Origin: Candidatus Harrisonbacteria bacterium
GTDB lineage: Bacteria > Patescibacteriota > Minisyncoccia > UBA6257 > 02-FULL-45-10c
DNA: 64,000 bases
Direction of reading: 5' to 3'
Assembly: GCA_016214655.1 (NCBI GenBank)
Contig: JACROC010000006.1
Span: 21,377-85,376, forward strand
In this document: piece after piece, positions 21,696-32,228 of the stretch
Layout: every line of letters starts with the position of its first letter
Numbering within the stretch: the stretch's first letter is position 1
Made by a program: the position numbers and the translations under genes
Notes under the pieces: generated by a model
Database searches by the model: none
Told to the model about the DNA's origin: nothing
Seen by the model: only the letters and a program-made list of their open reading frames with translations

Positions 21696-22407
21696 AATTC
21701 TGTTCGGCGATCTTGAGATCTTTATACGTATCGATATCAACAAATTTTTCCTTTGGCATAATAAACCCACATACTTTGCTTCCCCACACCCTCCCCCCTT
21801 TTATATATTTGGCTTTTGTGGCATATATTAATCCAACTTGTAAATAATATCGCGGAAGCATTTGTCTGGGTACATCAGTTCCTAGTTTTCTGTAGTTTGT
21901 GGTTGGTAAGAGCGCTTTCATGCGACCACTTTTACCATGAGGCAGTGTCCACATCTTGAATGGATTGTAGGGACTAGGATCAATTATTGTTCTTATAGAT
22001 TCACATTTATGTCGATGCATGAATGTAAGAACATTATCAATGTCTTTTCCTGTTCTAAATGGTGATGTTGGTTGAAGTATGACGATAATATCGGGATCCC
22101 ATCCTCGATTTTTTTGAAGCCACTGTAGCGCATGGGCCAAAAAGTCAATATCTTTTGATTTATCACCAGCTAATCTTTTGGGGCGGAGGAACGGGACGTC
22201 GGCTTTATATTTTTTTGCTACCCTGGCAATTGCGGGATCATCGGTTGACACCATGAATGTATCTAGTAGTTTAGATTGTTGTGCGGCGCGGATAGTATAA
22301 TAAATTAGAGGTTTTCCGTGTAGGGGAATAATATTTTTATGAGGTATTCCCTTTGATCCGCCGCGTGCAGGAATGATTCCGACTATTTTTATCTGACTTT
22401 TTTTCAT
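21670..22407 (-). CDS. neuA: Acylneuraminate cytidylyltransferase 1
   Basis: IIPARGGSKGIPHKN, VSTDD, LQPTSPFR and DID. Confidence 0.92.
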   Translation of the reverse strand: MKKSQIKIVGIIPARGGSKGIPHKNIIPLHGKPLIYYTIRAAQQSKLLDTFMVSTDDPAIARVAKKYKADVPFLRPKRLAGDKSKDIDFLAHALQWLQKNRGWDPDIIVILQPTSPFRTGKDIDNVLTFMHRHKCESIRTIIDPSPYNPFKMWTLPHGKSGRMKALLPTTNYRKLGTDVPRQMLPRYYLQVGLIYATKAKYIKGGRVWGSKVCGFIMPKEKFVDIDTYKDLKIAEQNFKNYSNNF

Positions 22408-22492
22408 ATTATTTATTGTACAGAATAAATTTTATTTTGGTTACCATTGTCTCTGGGGAACAGTTTTAAATTACGACCCATTTTTTAGTAGA

Positions 22493-23809
22493 ATGACTAT
22501 TTTTATCACTAGTTTTCAATCGCTTATTTCACGGAATATTTTAGGAACTCCACTACTTTCATTTTTGAAAAGTAACAATGTGCAAGTGGTGCTTTTGGTT
22601 CCTCAAAAAAAGAAAGATTTTTTTGAAGAAGAATTCAGAGAATTTGAAGTTGTTGTAGAGAGTATTGATACAAAGTTGCAATGGCAAGATAAATTTTTAC
22701 GCTATCTATTTCTTACAGCGCTTAAGACGCGTACTTTAGACATCAAGCGGGAAACAGAAATGAAGGGAAGCGGGAAATGGCTTAAGGTTATTATTAGAAA
22801 TAGTAGCATAGGACGGAAGATGTTGCGATGGCTAAATGCGATTTTGACCCCACGCAATACATTTAAAGATTCATTTCAAAAGTATAATCCTGATTTAGTA
22901 TTTTCAACTGATGCACAAAATGAAATAGATGTCAGGTTGCTCTTGGATGCAAAAAGGAATGGCGTGAGCACGATCGGCATGGTTCGATCATGGGATAATC
23001 TTACCGCTAAGGGCGTGATTCGGGTTATCCCGGATTTGTTAGCGGTTCATAATGAAATTCTTAAAGAAGAAGCTATAACTCTTCATGGAATTCCGGAAGA
23101 AAGGATAAAGATTATCGGCATTCCGCACTACGATCGATATTTTCAGGGCTCGCATTCCAGCCGGGAGGAATTTATGAAACGAATCGGTGCTAATCCCCAA
23201 AAGAAATTAATATTATTTGCGCCTACCGGCGATCGGTATATCGGTGAAAATACAGTTGATAAAGAAGTGTTGGAGATTTTGGATAAAAATATCGGAGAAG
23301 AATACCAGATTTTGGTGCGTTTTCCGCCGGCTGATACGGTATCAGGCCTGGATGGCCGGGAAAACAACAGCCGTTTTATTTTTGACCGGCCGAGCAGGCG
23401 ATTTAAAGTATTAAAAAATACCGAACTTACCAAAGAAGAAGACGCGCATCTGGTAGATTCGATTTATTGGAGCGATTTGATAATCGCAGGCCCATCTACG
23501 CTCTGTGTTGATGCGGCAGTTTTCAACAAGCCGATAGTGCTGGTTGGATTTGATGGCTATGAAAAGCGCCCATATTATCAAGGTATCCGCCGATATTATG
23601 ATTACAATCATTTTGATCCGATACTTAAAAGCGGAGGAGTAAAATTAGCAGAGAATGCAGAGGCGTTAGCTAAATCTGTAAAGGCTTATTTGCAAAATCC
23701 ATTTCTGGATGAACAGGGGAGGCGAGCGATTGTCCGGCAAGAATGTTGGAATACGGATGGGAAAGCAACGGAGCGGCTGGCAAATTCGTTAATTTCCGCA
23801 CTTAAATAG
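22493..23809 (+). CDS. TagB/TagF-like transferase, paralog 4
   Basis: RSWDNL, GIPHYD, RFPP and STLCVDAAVFNKP. Confidence 0.7.
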   Translation: MTIFITSFQSLISRNILGTPLLSFLKSNNVQVVLLVPQKKKDFFEEEFREFEVVVESIDTKLQWQDKFLRYLFLTALKTRTLDIKRETEMKGSGKWLKVIIRNSSIGRKMLRWLNAILTPRNTFKDSFQKYNPDLVFSTDAQNEIDVRLLLDAKRNGVSTIGMVRSWDNLTAKGVIRVIPDLLAVHNEILKEEAITLHGIPEERIKIIGIPHYDRYFQGSHSSREEFMKRIGANPQKKLILFAPTGDRYIGENTVDKEVLEILDKNIGEEYQILVRFPPADTVSGLDGRENNSRFIFDRPSRRFKVLKNTELTKEEDAHLVDSIYWSDLIIAGPSTLCVDAAVFNKPIVLVGFDGYEKRPYYQGIRRYYDYNHFDPILKSGGVKLAENAEALAKSVKAYLQNPFLDEQGRRAIVRQECWNTDGKATERLANSLISALK

Positions 23810-23851
23810 CATTTTCTAGGGCATCGGAATTATGTTAAGATAAACCTGTTT

Positions 23852-24562
23852 ATGAAAACGCTTTCTGTTGTGATTCCGGTATACAATGAAAAAAATACAA
23901 TTCACAATGTTCTTTCGGCGGTAGAGAAATCGGATATCGGCAACATCGAGAAAGAGATTATCATTGTGGATGATTGTTCCGCTGACGGTACGCGCGAGAT
24001 TTTGGCTGAACTGGAAAAGCAGAAGAAATATAAAATCTTGTATCAGGAGAAAAACATGGGCAAGGGCGCGGCGCTTCGCCGCGGGTTTTCGTCGGTTACC
24101 GGCGATTTTATAATTATCCAGGATGCAGATTTGGAATATGATCCGGCGGAATACGGCACAATGCTGAAGCCGCTCTTGGATGGCCGCGCCGATGTAGTTT
24201 ACGGTTCCCGTTTTTTTGGCGGAGAAAAAACTGTGCACCGCGCATTATTTTTTTGGCATTACTTGGGAAATAGATTTATTACTTTTGTCTCAAATCTTTT
24301 TACCAATCTTAATCTCACCGATATGGAGACCGGTTATAAGGCATTTACAAAATCGGCCATTGAGAAGATCGTCCCGCATTTGGAATCAAATCGTTTTGGC
24401 ATAGAGCCGGAAATTACCGCCTATGCGGCAAAAAACCGTTTGCGCGTTTACGAAGTCGGCATTTCGTATTCCGGAAGGACCTATGAAGAAGGAAAAAAAA
24501 TAAATTGGAAAGACGGTATTGCGGCGATTTGGTTCATAGTGAAATATAATTTACTGAAATAA
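23852..24562 (+). CDS. GT2 polyprenyl-phosphate glycosyltransferase (DPM1-like)
   Basis: [27 protein letters not shown] and DMETGYK. Confidence 0.92.
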   Translation: MKTLSVVIPVYNEKNTIHNVLSAVEKSDIGNIEKEIIIVDDCSADGTREILAELEKQKKYKILYQEKNMGKGAALRRGFSSVTGDFIIIQDADLEYDPAEYGTMLKPLLDGRADVVYGSRFFGGEKTVHRALFFWHYLGNRFITFVSNLFTNLNLTDMETGYKAFTKSAIEKIVPHLESNRFGIEPEITAYAAKNRLRVYEVGISYSGRTYEEGKKINWKDGIAAIWFIVKYNLLK

Positions 24563-24564
24563 AT

Positions 24565-26214
24565 ATGGCTTTTGGAATTTTTACAAAATTTTCGGTGTTG
24601 CCGGTACTGCTCCAAAAAATATTTTTGCTGCAATTTCCTAATATATATACGCAGCACAACTTTATTATTTTAATTGAATCGCTGGTCTATATTTATGCTT
24701 CTTTTTTGGCGGGATCGTTTTTGTTGAGGAAAATGGGGCTTGACCTGAATTCCCGATTGAAACAGGCTGCCTATTCGGTAATGAGCGGATATGCCATTTT
24801 TGGTCTCTGGGGATTGGTTTTGGCCGCATCCGGATTATTTGAGCCGATGTATTTAAGGATGTTTTTGGTTTTGGCTGTTCTTGGTTCGGCGGGAACTATC
24901 GCAAAGCAGGGGATGGAAATCTGGAAGGCGGATTATTCAAAAGAGAGAATAACCCGTTTTCTGAAAACGATAGCAGACAGTTCATTAATTTTGAAATTAC
25001 TTATTGCGCTTTGGATAGCTGCCAATTTTGCCATTGTACTTGTGCCGATAACTGGCCATGATACGCTGCATTATCATCTTCCGATTATGGCGAATTTAAT
25101 TAGCGAGGGAAGGATGAATTTTGATACTGCTTTGCCGAGCAGATTTTTGCCGATTTTCGGAGAGATTATCTATGCGGTGCCAATGGCGATTTTCAGCAAT
25201 CTTACGGAACCATTTGTGTTCCAGGTGATGCAGTACAGCTTTTTGATTTTATTTGCGATTTTGATATACGAATTTTTGAAACCGCGTATTTCCAATCAAT
25301 TCTTGGGTCTTGCGGCAGTATTGCTTTTATTCTCAATTATGGATTTTCAGCGTGAGATTATGCACGGCGGATACATAGATGTATTGGCATTTCTATTTGG
25401 CAGCGCTAGCACTCTGCTTTTGATTGAAAACTGCTGCGAGGTGAATATGCGGCCTAGAGAAGTGATGCTTTCCGCGCTGATGCTCGGGGTTGCGCTCGGC
25501 GTTAAATATCTTGCATTGGTTTTTGCGGCAATCAACTTTTTATTTTTATTGGTGATGTTTTGGCGGCAGAAGGTAAATTATGGCGTTATAGCAAGGTGGC
25601 TGGCAGGATATGGGCTTATCATATTTGCCGTGTCGGGGTTTTGGTATTTAAAAAATGCGATTTTCTTTGGAAGCCCTATTTACCCGATGTTTTCTAACAA
25701 ATTGTTTACCTCGCAGGTAAATGTGTTTCTTTTAGACAGGACGGTACTTAATTTTTTCTGGTTTCCGTTTTATCGGTACGGACAGTGGTTTGTCCAGGAT
25801 GTGGAGACCTCCAGCCGTCTTGTGGTGCTGGGATATTTTATTGCCGCATATCTTTTATTCGCGATTTTCTTTTTCAGTAAAAAACTGCGTTGCGCAGAAA
25901 CGCTTTTATTCGTTTTTGTGCAATTATATCTTTTGTTTTTGTTTTTTATGTCCCATCAATATCGGTTCTTACTTCCTTCTAATATCATGCTGGTTCCGCT
26001 TTTGATCTTATTTATTGACCAGGTGTATCAATTTTTAAAAACAAAACTTTTTGAAAATCCATATTCTATTTTTGTCAGAGCATCTTTTTGGGCGATGAGT
26101 ATAGGTTTTGCACTGTTATTCCTCGCCAACACTCATTATTTATACGCTAAATTTTCGTATGCGACTGGCGTGTATGACCAGGATGAATACAGAAGCGAGA
26201 TTGGCGGGTTCTAG
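24565..26214 (+). CDS. Polytopic membrane protein, probable GT-C glycosyltransferase
   Basis: Many TM segments; HDTLHYHL and WYLKN..FGSPIYP motifs; adjacent to the DPM1-like GT2. Confidence 0.55.
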   Translation: MAFGIFTKFSVLPVLLQKIFLLQFPNIYTQHNFIILIESLVYIYASFLAGSFLLRKMGLDLNSRLKQAAYSVMSGYAIFGLWGLVLAASGLFEPMYLRMFLVLAVLGSAGTIAKQGMEIWKADYSKERITRFLKTIADSSLILKLLIALWIAANFAIVLVPITGHDTLHYHLPIMANLISEGRMNFDTALPSRFLPIFGEIIYAVPMAIFSNLTEPFVFQVMQYSFLILFAILIYEFLKPRISNQFLGLAAVLLLFSIMDFQREIMHGGYIDVLAFLFGSASTLLLIENCCEVNMRPREVMLSALMLGVALGVKYLALVFAAINFLFLLVMFWRQKVNYGVIARWLAGYGLIIFAVSGFWYLKNAIFFGSPIYPMFSNKLFTSQVNVFLLDRTVLNFFWFPFYRYGQWFVQDVETSSRLVVLGYFIAAYLLFAIFFFSKKLRCAETLLFVFVQLYLLFLFFMSHQYRFLLPSNIMLVPLLILFIDQVYQFLKTKLFENPYSIFVRASFWAMSIGFALLFLANTHYLYAKFSYATGVYDQDEYRSEIGGF

Positions 26215-26229
26215 TGTTATATATTGCAT

Positions 26230-27567
26230 ATGATTAAAACGCTTTTTTTAACTATATTTGAAGGGGCAGAGGCGCGGAATCTTTTACGGACTTCAGTGGC
26301 GCCGACGCTATTAAGCGATCCGGAAGTGCGAATTGTGCTTTTTACGAAAAGTCCGGATCGCGTGGAGTATTATAAAAAAGAATTCAGCGATCCGAGATTG
26401 ATCTATGAGGTAGTGGCGCCGATAAAAGTTGAAGGATTAGACAAGTTCTTTGCCTTCTTAAAATTTCTTCTTTTAAAAACCGAAACTACGGATCTCCGGC
26501 GCTCCTCGCGCTTTAGCTTATTTGCCAGCTGGCTCTTGGCCCGGCCCGCAGTAAGGAGGATGGTCCGATTTCTGGATTATCATTTGGTGAGAAATTCCGC
26601 GTATAGCCGCTATTTTGACGCTTATAAACCGGACGCGGTTTTGCTTGCCCATTTATTTGATGAACCAGAGATTCATCTTTTGCGCGAGGCAAAAAAGCGC
26701 AGAGTAAAGACGATCGGATTTGTAAATTCGTGGGATAAGGTTACGGCCCGCTGTATCCTGCGCTTGCTGCCCGATAAGGCAGTCGTCTTTAACGATGTCG
26801 TGAAAAAAGAAATGATGGAGCATAATGAAATGGCGGAAAAAGATATTTTTGTTAGCGGCCTGCCCCAATACGATAGTTATTTTATGGATAAAAATTACAC
26901 TTCGCGGGAAGTTTTTTTTAATAAATTAAATCTTGATCCGAGGAAAAAATTAATCGTCTACGCGCCGCTGGGCCGCACCTGTGGCGAATCTGACTGGGAT
27001 ATAATCGATCTTTTATATCGTCTCCGTGACAGCGGAAGATTCGGCGATGGCGCGGATTTACTTGTCCGGTTCCAGCCCAATGATTTCTTGGATGAGGCAG
27101 AATTGAAAAAGCGGCCACATCTTAAGTATGATTATCCGGGCACCCGTTTTTCTTCGACGCGCGGCATAGACTGGGATATGAATGCCGAGCACTTGAAGCA
27201 TTTAAGGGACACGCTTCATCATATGTCGCTTTTGGTATGTTACGCGTCTAGCGTCAGCATTGATGCGGCGATTTTTGATAAACCGATTATTAACATTAAT
27301 TTTGAAACCCGGAAACCGGATTCTTTTGAAGAGTCTTCAACTAAATATTATTCGTTCACTCATTACAAAAAAGCGCTGGCTACGGGAGGAATCCGCCTGG
27401 CGAGCAGCGAGGAAGAATTGGTTGCAGCAATTAAGGAATACCTTGCTGATTCTTCGCCTGATCGCGAAGGCAGGAAGAGATTGGTGCGCGAACAATGCCA
27501 ATTTGTTGACGGTAAAGCCGGCGAGAGGATTGGTAAATTTATACTAGAGCCATTTAAGACCCAATGA
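26230..27567 (+). CDS. TagB/TagF-like transferase, paralog 5
   Basis: NSWDK, GLPQYD, RFQP and SSVSIDAAIFDKP. Confidence 0.7.
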   Translation: MIKTLFLTIFEGAEARNLLRTSVAPTLLSDPEVRIVLFTKSPDRVEYYKKEFSDPRLIYEVVAPIKVEGLDKFFAFLKFLLLKTETTDLRRSSRFSLFASWLLARPAVRRMVRFLDYHLVRNSAYSRYFDAYKPDAVLLAHLFDEPEIHLLREAKKRRVKTIGFVNSWDKVTARCILRLLPDKAVVFNDVVKKEMMEHNEMAEKDIFVSGLPQYDSYFMDKNYTSREVFFNKLNLDPRKKLIVYAPLGRTCGESDWDIIDLLYRLRDSGRFGDGADLLVRFQPNDFLDEAELKKRPHLKYDYPGTRFSSTRGIDWDMNAEHLKHLRDTLHHMSLLVCYASSVSIDAAIFDKPIININFETRKPDSFEESSTKYYSFTHYKKALATGGIRLASSEEELVAAIKEYLADSSPDREGRKRLVREQCQFVDGKAGERIGKFILEPFKTQ

Positions 27568-27626
27568 TTTCTTTTTAGTTAAAAATATCGTATTATGATA
27601 TTCAAACCTAAAGATGGCTAGAAAAA

Positions 27627-28256
27627 ATGAATACACATAATATATTTGAACATAAGCAGGGGGCGGAGCATATTGCAACGCCGGTTTCAATTTATATGGT
27701 CAAGCGTCTTTCTAGGAAGTGTAAACACATCTTAGAAATAGGAGGGGGAATTGGTACTTTGACATACTCAATTTTATCTGAGAGCGAGAGCCAAGTTGAT
27801 GTGTATGAAGATAATGATTTTTGTATTAATGAATTAAAAAAAAATCTCGCCGAGTTATCGGAGAGATACACGCTTTTGGATGATTGTACCCAATCACCTC
27901 CACGAATTGATTATGATCTTGTGATTATTGATGGGGGACAGGGCGGCTATGATTGTGGTTATCCTGGCATGACGGAGAATATCTTTACATTTGTTAAACC
28001 CACCTTTGTATATTTTGAAGGAGTACGAAGAAAACAAAGGCGGACCACCCTTAGGGTTCTTAGGAATCGCTATACGATAAAAATTTACCGAATTCCATTC
28101 TATTTTTATCAAGATCGTTTATACAAAGGCGGAACCCTTATGAGGTGTTATGTGTGTAATTCGTTTGTCAAACGGTGGGTGAATTATATACTGAACACAA
28201 TATACGAGTCGCAGTATACGGAAAAATTCTTTGGTAGGATAAAACCGCCTGTATAA
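27627..28256 (+). CDS. Putative SAM-dependent methyltransferase
   Basis: ILEIGGGIG and DLVIIDG motifs. Confidence 0.55.
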   Translation: MNTHNIFEHKQGAEHIATPVSIYMVKRLSRKCKHILEIGGGIGTLTYSILSESESQVDVYEDNDFCINELKKNLAELSERYTLLDDCTQSPPRIDYDLVIIDGGQGGYDCGYPGMTENIFTFVKPTFVYFEGVRRKQRRTTLRVLRNRYTIKIYRIPFYFYQDRLYKGGTLMRCYVCNSFVKRWVNYILNTIYESQYTEKFFGRIKPPV

Positions 28257-28265
28257 TAAATCTCT

Positions 28266-29279
28266 ATGATTGAGGAGAATAGAATTTTTGATTATTTTAA
28301 AGTGCGGTTGGAAGAGCTCCCGTGCAATCTTTGCGGGAAAGATAATTTTGCGGTGCTGGCGAAGCGGTCCGGAAACGGCCTTTTGGCGCAGACCTGCATG
28401 TGCCGGAATTGCGGATTAATTTATATCAATCCGCGCATGACCAAGGCGGGGTACGATGATTATTATAAATATTTTTATCGCCAGGACCGGGCGTCGGCTA
28501 AGGGCAGGAATTTGGTTCAAAGCGAAAAAAATAACTGGATTGAGCAGAATTTTTTAAGAGCCAGAAAATTCGGATTGGCCTTAGGCGGGTTGCTTAAGGA
28601 TTATTTCAAGCCGGGCCTGACTATTGATATCGGCTCAAGCACTGGCGGAGTATTATACGGATTGCGCGAGGCAATCGGGAACTTGGATTTGCTCGGCATA
28701 GAGCCATCGATTGCCGAATCCAATTTTGCCAATCAAAAAGGCGTGAAAACTCTGAATGCGCTTTTCGAAAATATACCCGAAAAGGAAATCGGCAAGGCGG
28801 CCAATATTCTATGCGTACAAAGTTTGAACCATTTGTTGGATCCGCGCAGTTTTTTCCAGCGCTGCTTCGAGTATCTTCAGGATGGCGGCTGCCTTATCTT
28901 GTCGGTAAAAAATTTCCGGCATCAGGCGCGCCGTGCCGGATCAATAGAGGCGGGAGTGCAGATTGATCATCCGTTTATGTTTACTCCGGAGACGCTGAAG
29001 CTTTTCGTGGAATCGGTAGGATTCAAGGTGGTATATCTCGATGTAGATGAAGGAAAATCTGAATTTGATTTGCGGAAGCAGCGGAACGAAGGATTAAGCC
29101 GCCATCATATCCGTTTGGCGGCTGAAAAGCCAGAGAAATGGGCGGGCGGGAGAATGGCTGGCGTTTCTAAGCCGGATGTCTATTGGAAGTCGCGCCTGCA
29201 ATTTTGGAAGCCGTATGTAAAGCTTTATTATTGGCTTTTTTATTCCCATCGGTTAAGTTTTTTAAGGAAAACTTTCTAA
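28266..29279 (+). CDS. Class I SAM methyltransferase with N-terminal Zn-ribbon
   Basis: CNLC...CRNCGLIYINPR; IDIGSSTG; LNH. Confidence 0.8.
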   Translation: MIEENRIFDYFKVRLEELPCNLCGKDNFAVLAKRSGNGLLAQTCMCRNCGLIYINPRMTKAGYDDYYKYFYRQDRASAKGRNLVQSEKNNWIEQNFLRARKFGLALGGLLKDYFKPGLTIDIGSSTGGVLYGLREAIGNLDLLGIEPSIAESNFANQKGVKTLNALFENIPEKEIGKAANILCVQSLNHLLDPRSFFQRCFEYLQDGGCLILSVKNFRHQARRAGSIEAGVQIDHPFMFTPETLKLFVESVGFKVVYLDVDEGKSEFDLRKQRNEGLSRHHIRLAAEKPEKWAGGRMAGVSKPDVYWKSRLQFWKPYVKLYYWLFYSHRLSFLRKTF

Positions 29280-29384
29280 ATTTTAAGGGGAAACCGGGTC
29301 ATATTTTGCGGGGTTGTATATAGATACAAACCCGATATTTATTTGTCAAAGTGAGTAATTTATTGTATCTTATTAAGGTTCGTA

Positions 29385-30566
29385 ATGTCCCTAAAAATCA
29401 TGAAAAAAACAGCTAAACGCAAAATTTGTTTCCCGATAATGAATAAGATCCATTATGCCCGGCAGAAGCATCTTTTGACGCTTTTAAAAAATCATCCGAA
29501 GGCGGATCTTCAAATCGTTGCCGGAGGATCGGTGTTGCTGGAAAAATACGGTGAACGGTTTTTATCCGCAATCCAAGATGCCGGATTTACCGTGCAGGAT
29601 ACGCTCTATAATGTCATTGATGGCGGAAGCCATATTTCGATGGCAAAAACTGCTGGTTTAACTGCGCTGGAGTTTTCCAATTCTCTATATAAATTGAATC
29701 CGGACGTGGTGCTGATCCGCGGCGATCGTTTTGAGCAATTAGCAATTGCAATGACTGCCGCATATTTGAATAAAACTATTGCGCATATTGAAGGCGGGGA
29801 TGTGAGCGGGACGATTGACGAAAGCGTGCGCCATGCGATCACGAAATTGGCGCATATTCATTTTGTGACTAATGAAGACGCGCGCAAGCGGGTGATTCAG
29901 ATGGGAGAGAATCCCAAAATGGTTTTTAATGTCGGATCTCCGGATGCGGAGTTCGCGGCTTCGGTTGATAAAAAATTGGATGGCAGCGCGGTAAATCGAA
30001 TTGGCATCGGTGAAGAAATTGATTTAAGTAAACCGTTTTTGATGGTGATGCAGCATCCAGTCACAACGGAAAAGAATAACCGCGAGCATATGGAATTGAC
30101 GCTGAAAGCGGTGAATGAATTGAATATGCCGGCGATCTGGTTTTGGCCGAACAGCGATGCCGGGACAAATGAAATTTCCAAGGCAATCCGCGATTACCGT
30201 GAATCAGGAAAACTGACCAATGCGCAGGTAAGATTCGTGACTGATTTATTGCCAGAAGATTTTATTGCTTTATTGCGCCGCGCAAGTGTTCTGATCGGCA
30301 ATTCTTCGGCGGGCATTAAAGAATGTTCATATTTAGGTGTGCCGGTGGTGAACATCGGTACCCGGCAGAATAATCGTTTGCGCGGCCAGAACGTGCTGGA
30401 TGTAGGTTATAGCGTGAATGCGATTAAAAAGGCTATTCAGTCGCAGCTTGAGCACGGTAAATATCAGAGCTCGGATCTTTACTATAAACCGGACGGAAGT
30501 AAAAAAATGGCGGAAATTTTAACCACCGTTCCGCTTTATTCACAAAAGAAGTTCTACAATGTCTAA
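29385..30566 (+). CDS. neuC: Hydrolysing UDP-GlcNAc 2-epimerase (NeuC/LegG family)
   Basis: GDRFE, AHIEGGD.SGTIDE..RHAITKL, QHPVT and GNSSAG; start may be at 29400. Confidence 0.92.
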   Translation: MSLKIMKKTAKRKICFPIMNKIHYARQKHLLTLLKNHPKADLQIVAGGSVLLEKYGERFLSAIQDAGFTVQDTLYNVIDGGSHISMAKTAGLTALEFSNSLYKLNPDVVLIRGDRFEQLAIAMTAAYLNKTIAHIEGGDVSGTIDESVRHAITKLAHIHFVTNEDARKRVIQMGENPKMVFNVGSPDAEFAASVDKKLDGSAVNRIGIGEEIDLSKPFLMVMQHPVTTEKNNREHMELTLKAVNELNMPAIWFWPNSDAGTNEISKAIRDYRESGKLTNAQVRFVTDLLPEDFIALLRRASVLIGNSSAGIKECSYLGVPVVNIGTRQNNRLRGQNVLDVGYSVNAIKKAIQSQLEHGKYQSSDLYYKPDGSKKMAEILTTVPLYSQKKFYNV

Positions 30567-31278
30567 GGTTCTTGGGGTTATTACTGCGCGAGGCGGTTCC
30601 AAGGGAGTTCCCGGGAAAAATATTAAATTATTATCAGGAAAGCCGCTTATTGCATATACTATCGCAGCCGCCAAAAATTCTGGCATTTTGGACAGGCTGA
30701 TTTTATCTACCGACGATTCCAGTATTGCGGCGGTTGCAAAAAAATGCGGCTGTGAAGTGCCGTTTATGCGGCCGAAAGAAATTGCTCAAGATGAAACCTC
30801 GCATTTGCCAGTAATACAGCATGCGGTCCAGTGGCTTAAAGACAATGAAAATTACTGGCCGGATTATGTGATGATTTTGCAGCCAACTTCGCCTTTGCGG
30901 CAGGCATTCCATATCAAAGAAGCGGCGGATCTTATTGTGAAAAGCGGGGCCGATTCGGTATTAAGCGTAGCGGAGATTCCGGAGAATTTCAGTCCTTATA
31001 AGGCGATGGTCGTGGAGAATGGCGAATTAAGATTGTTCAATGGGAATCCGGTACGGAAACGAATGGCGCGCCGGCAGGATCTCGGAAAAACTTATTGGAG
31101 TATCGGATCAATTTATCTTTTTAGAACCGAATTGCTTTTTGATAAAAATGAGCCGAATTTCTACGGCGATAAAGTTATGCCGTACGTTATTGAAGATAAA
31201 TACCTGGTTGATATTAATGTTCCGGAAGATTGGGAAAAAGCCGAAAGAGCCCTTAATAATCTAAACCCTAAACCCTAA
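30559..31278 (+). CDS. neuA: Acylneuraminate cytidylyltransferase 2
   Basis: ITARGGSKGVPGKN and LQPTSPLR. Confidence 0.92.
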   Translation: MSKVLGVITARGGSKGVPGKNIKLLSGKPLIAYTIAAAKNSGILDRLILSTDDSSIAAVAKKCGCEVPFMRPKEIAQDETSHLPVIQHAVQWLKDNENYWPDYVMILQPTSPLRQAFHIKEAADLIVKSGADSVLSVAEIPENFSPYKAMVVENGELRLFNGNPVRKRMARRQDLGKTYWSIGSIYLFRTELLFDKNEPNFYGDKVMPYVIEDKYLVDINVPEDWEKAERALNNLNPKP

Positions 31279-31284
31279 ACCCTA
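31261..31284. repeat. Heptamer tandem repeat (CTAAACC)x3 plus CTA, overlapping the neuA stop
   Basis: ctaaacc ctaaacc ctaaacc cta read directly. Confidence 0.9.
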
Positions 31285-31292
31285 TTTTATCC

Positions 31293-32228
31293 ATGGTTAC
31301 TCTCATTACCGAACCAAAAGATTATTCTGAAAAAGCTCTAGATATTTATCGATCAATGGGGAGGGTTTATTTTGGCGGGACGCCAAGAGAAGATGCGGAG
31401 ATTTTAGTAGTTCGTCTCGGTTATAAAATTGACAGGCTTTGGATGGATAAAGTGCCGAATCTAAAGATAATTGCCACGCCGACGACTGGATTGAATCATA
31501 TTGATTTGAAGGAGGCGGAAAAACGCGGCATAAAAATAATTTCTTTGCGCGGGCACACCGGTTTTTTGAGCCGTATTACTTCTACCGCCGAAGAGACGTT
31601 GGCCTTGATGTTGGCTTTGGTGCGGAAATTGCCCTGGGCTTTTGATGATGTGAAAAGGGGAAACTGGAATCGGGATGCATTTAAGGGTCATCAATTAGCG
31701 GAAAAAACTTTGGGCATTTTAGGTCTTGGTCGTTTAGGGAAGATAATGGCGAGATATGGCCAGGCGCTCGGCATGCGAGTGATCGCATCGGATCCAAATG
31801 TCGGTGTTGATGAAATGAAGCAGTTGGGAGTTGAGCGCGTTGCAATGGAAGAACTTTTCCGCTTGTCGGATGTGCTTTCGATTCATGTATTGTTAACTGA
31901 TGAAACTAAAAATTTAGTTAAGGAACATCATTTGAAGTTAATGAAGCCTGAAGCGGTATTGATTAATACGGCCAGGGCGGAAATTATTGAGAAGGGCGCA
32001 TTGGAAAAAGCATTAAAAGAGAAATGGATTGCCGGCGCGGCAGTGGACGTCATGTGGGATGAGCAGGGTAATGGCGGGCATCTGAAAAATAACGAACTTC
32101 TAGAATACGCAAAAAATAACAACAATCTTTTAATTTCCCCGCATTTTGGCGGAGCCACCTATGAAGCCATGCAGATTACGGAGGAGTTCATTGCCGATTT
32201 GGTAAAAAAAGAATCAGCCAAATTATGA
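31293..32228 (+). CDS. D-isomer-specific 2-hydroxyacid dehydrogenase
   Basis: GILGLGRLG, INTARA, AAVDV and SPHFGG. Confidence 0.9.
   Translation: MVTLITEPKDYSEKALDIYRSMGRVYFGGTPREDAEILVVRLGYKIDRLWMDKVPNLKIIATPTTGLNHIDLKEAEKRGIKIISLRGHTGFLSRITSTAEETLALMLALVRKLPWAFDDVKRGNWNRDAFKGHQLAEKTLGILGLGRLGKIMARYGQALGMRVIASDPNVGVDEMKQLGVERVAMEELFRLSDVLSIHVLLTDETKNLVKEHHLKLMKPEAVLINTARAEIIEKGALEKALKEKWIAGAAVDVMWDEQGNGGHLKNNELLEYAKNNNNLLISPHFGGATYEAMQITEEFIADLVKKESAKL

Noticed and set aside
31261-31284. Plant telomere (TTTAGGG) contamination
   Set aside because: Only three units, embedded seamlessly in a bacterial operon and supplying the neuA stop codon.
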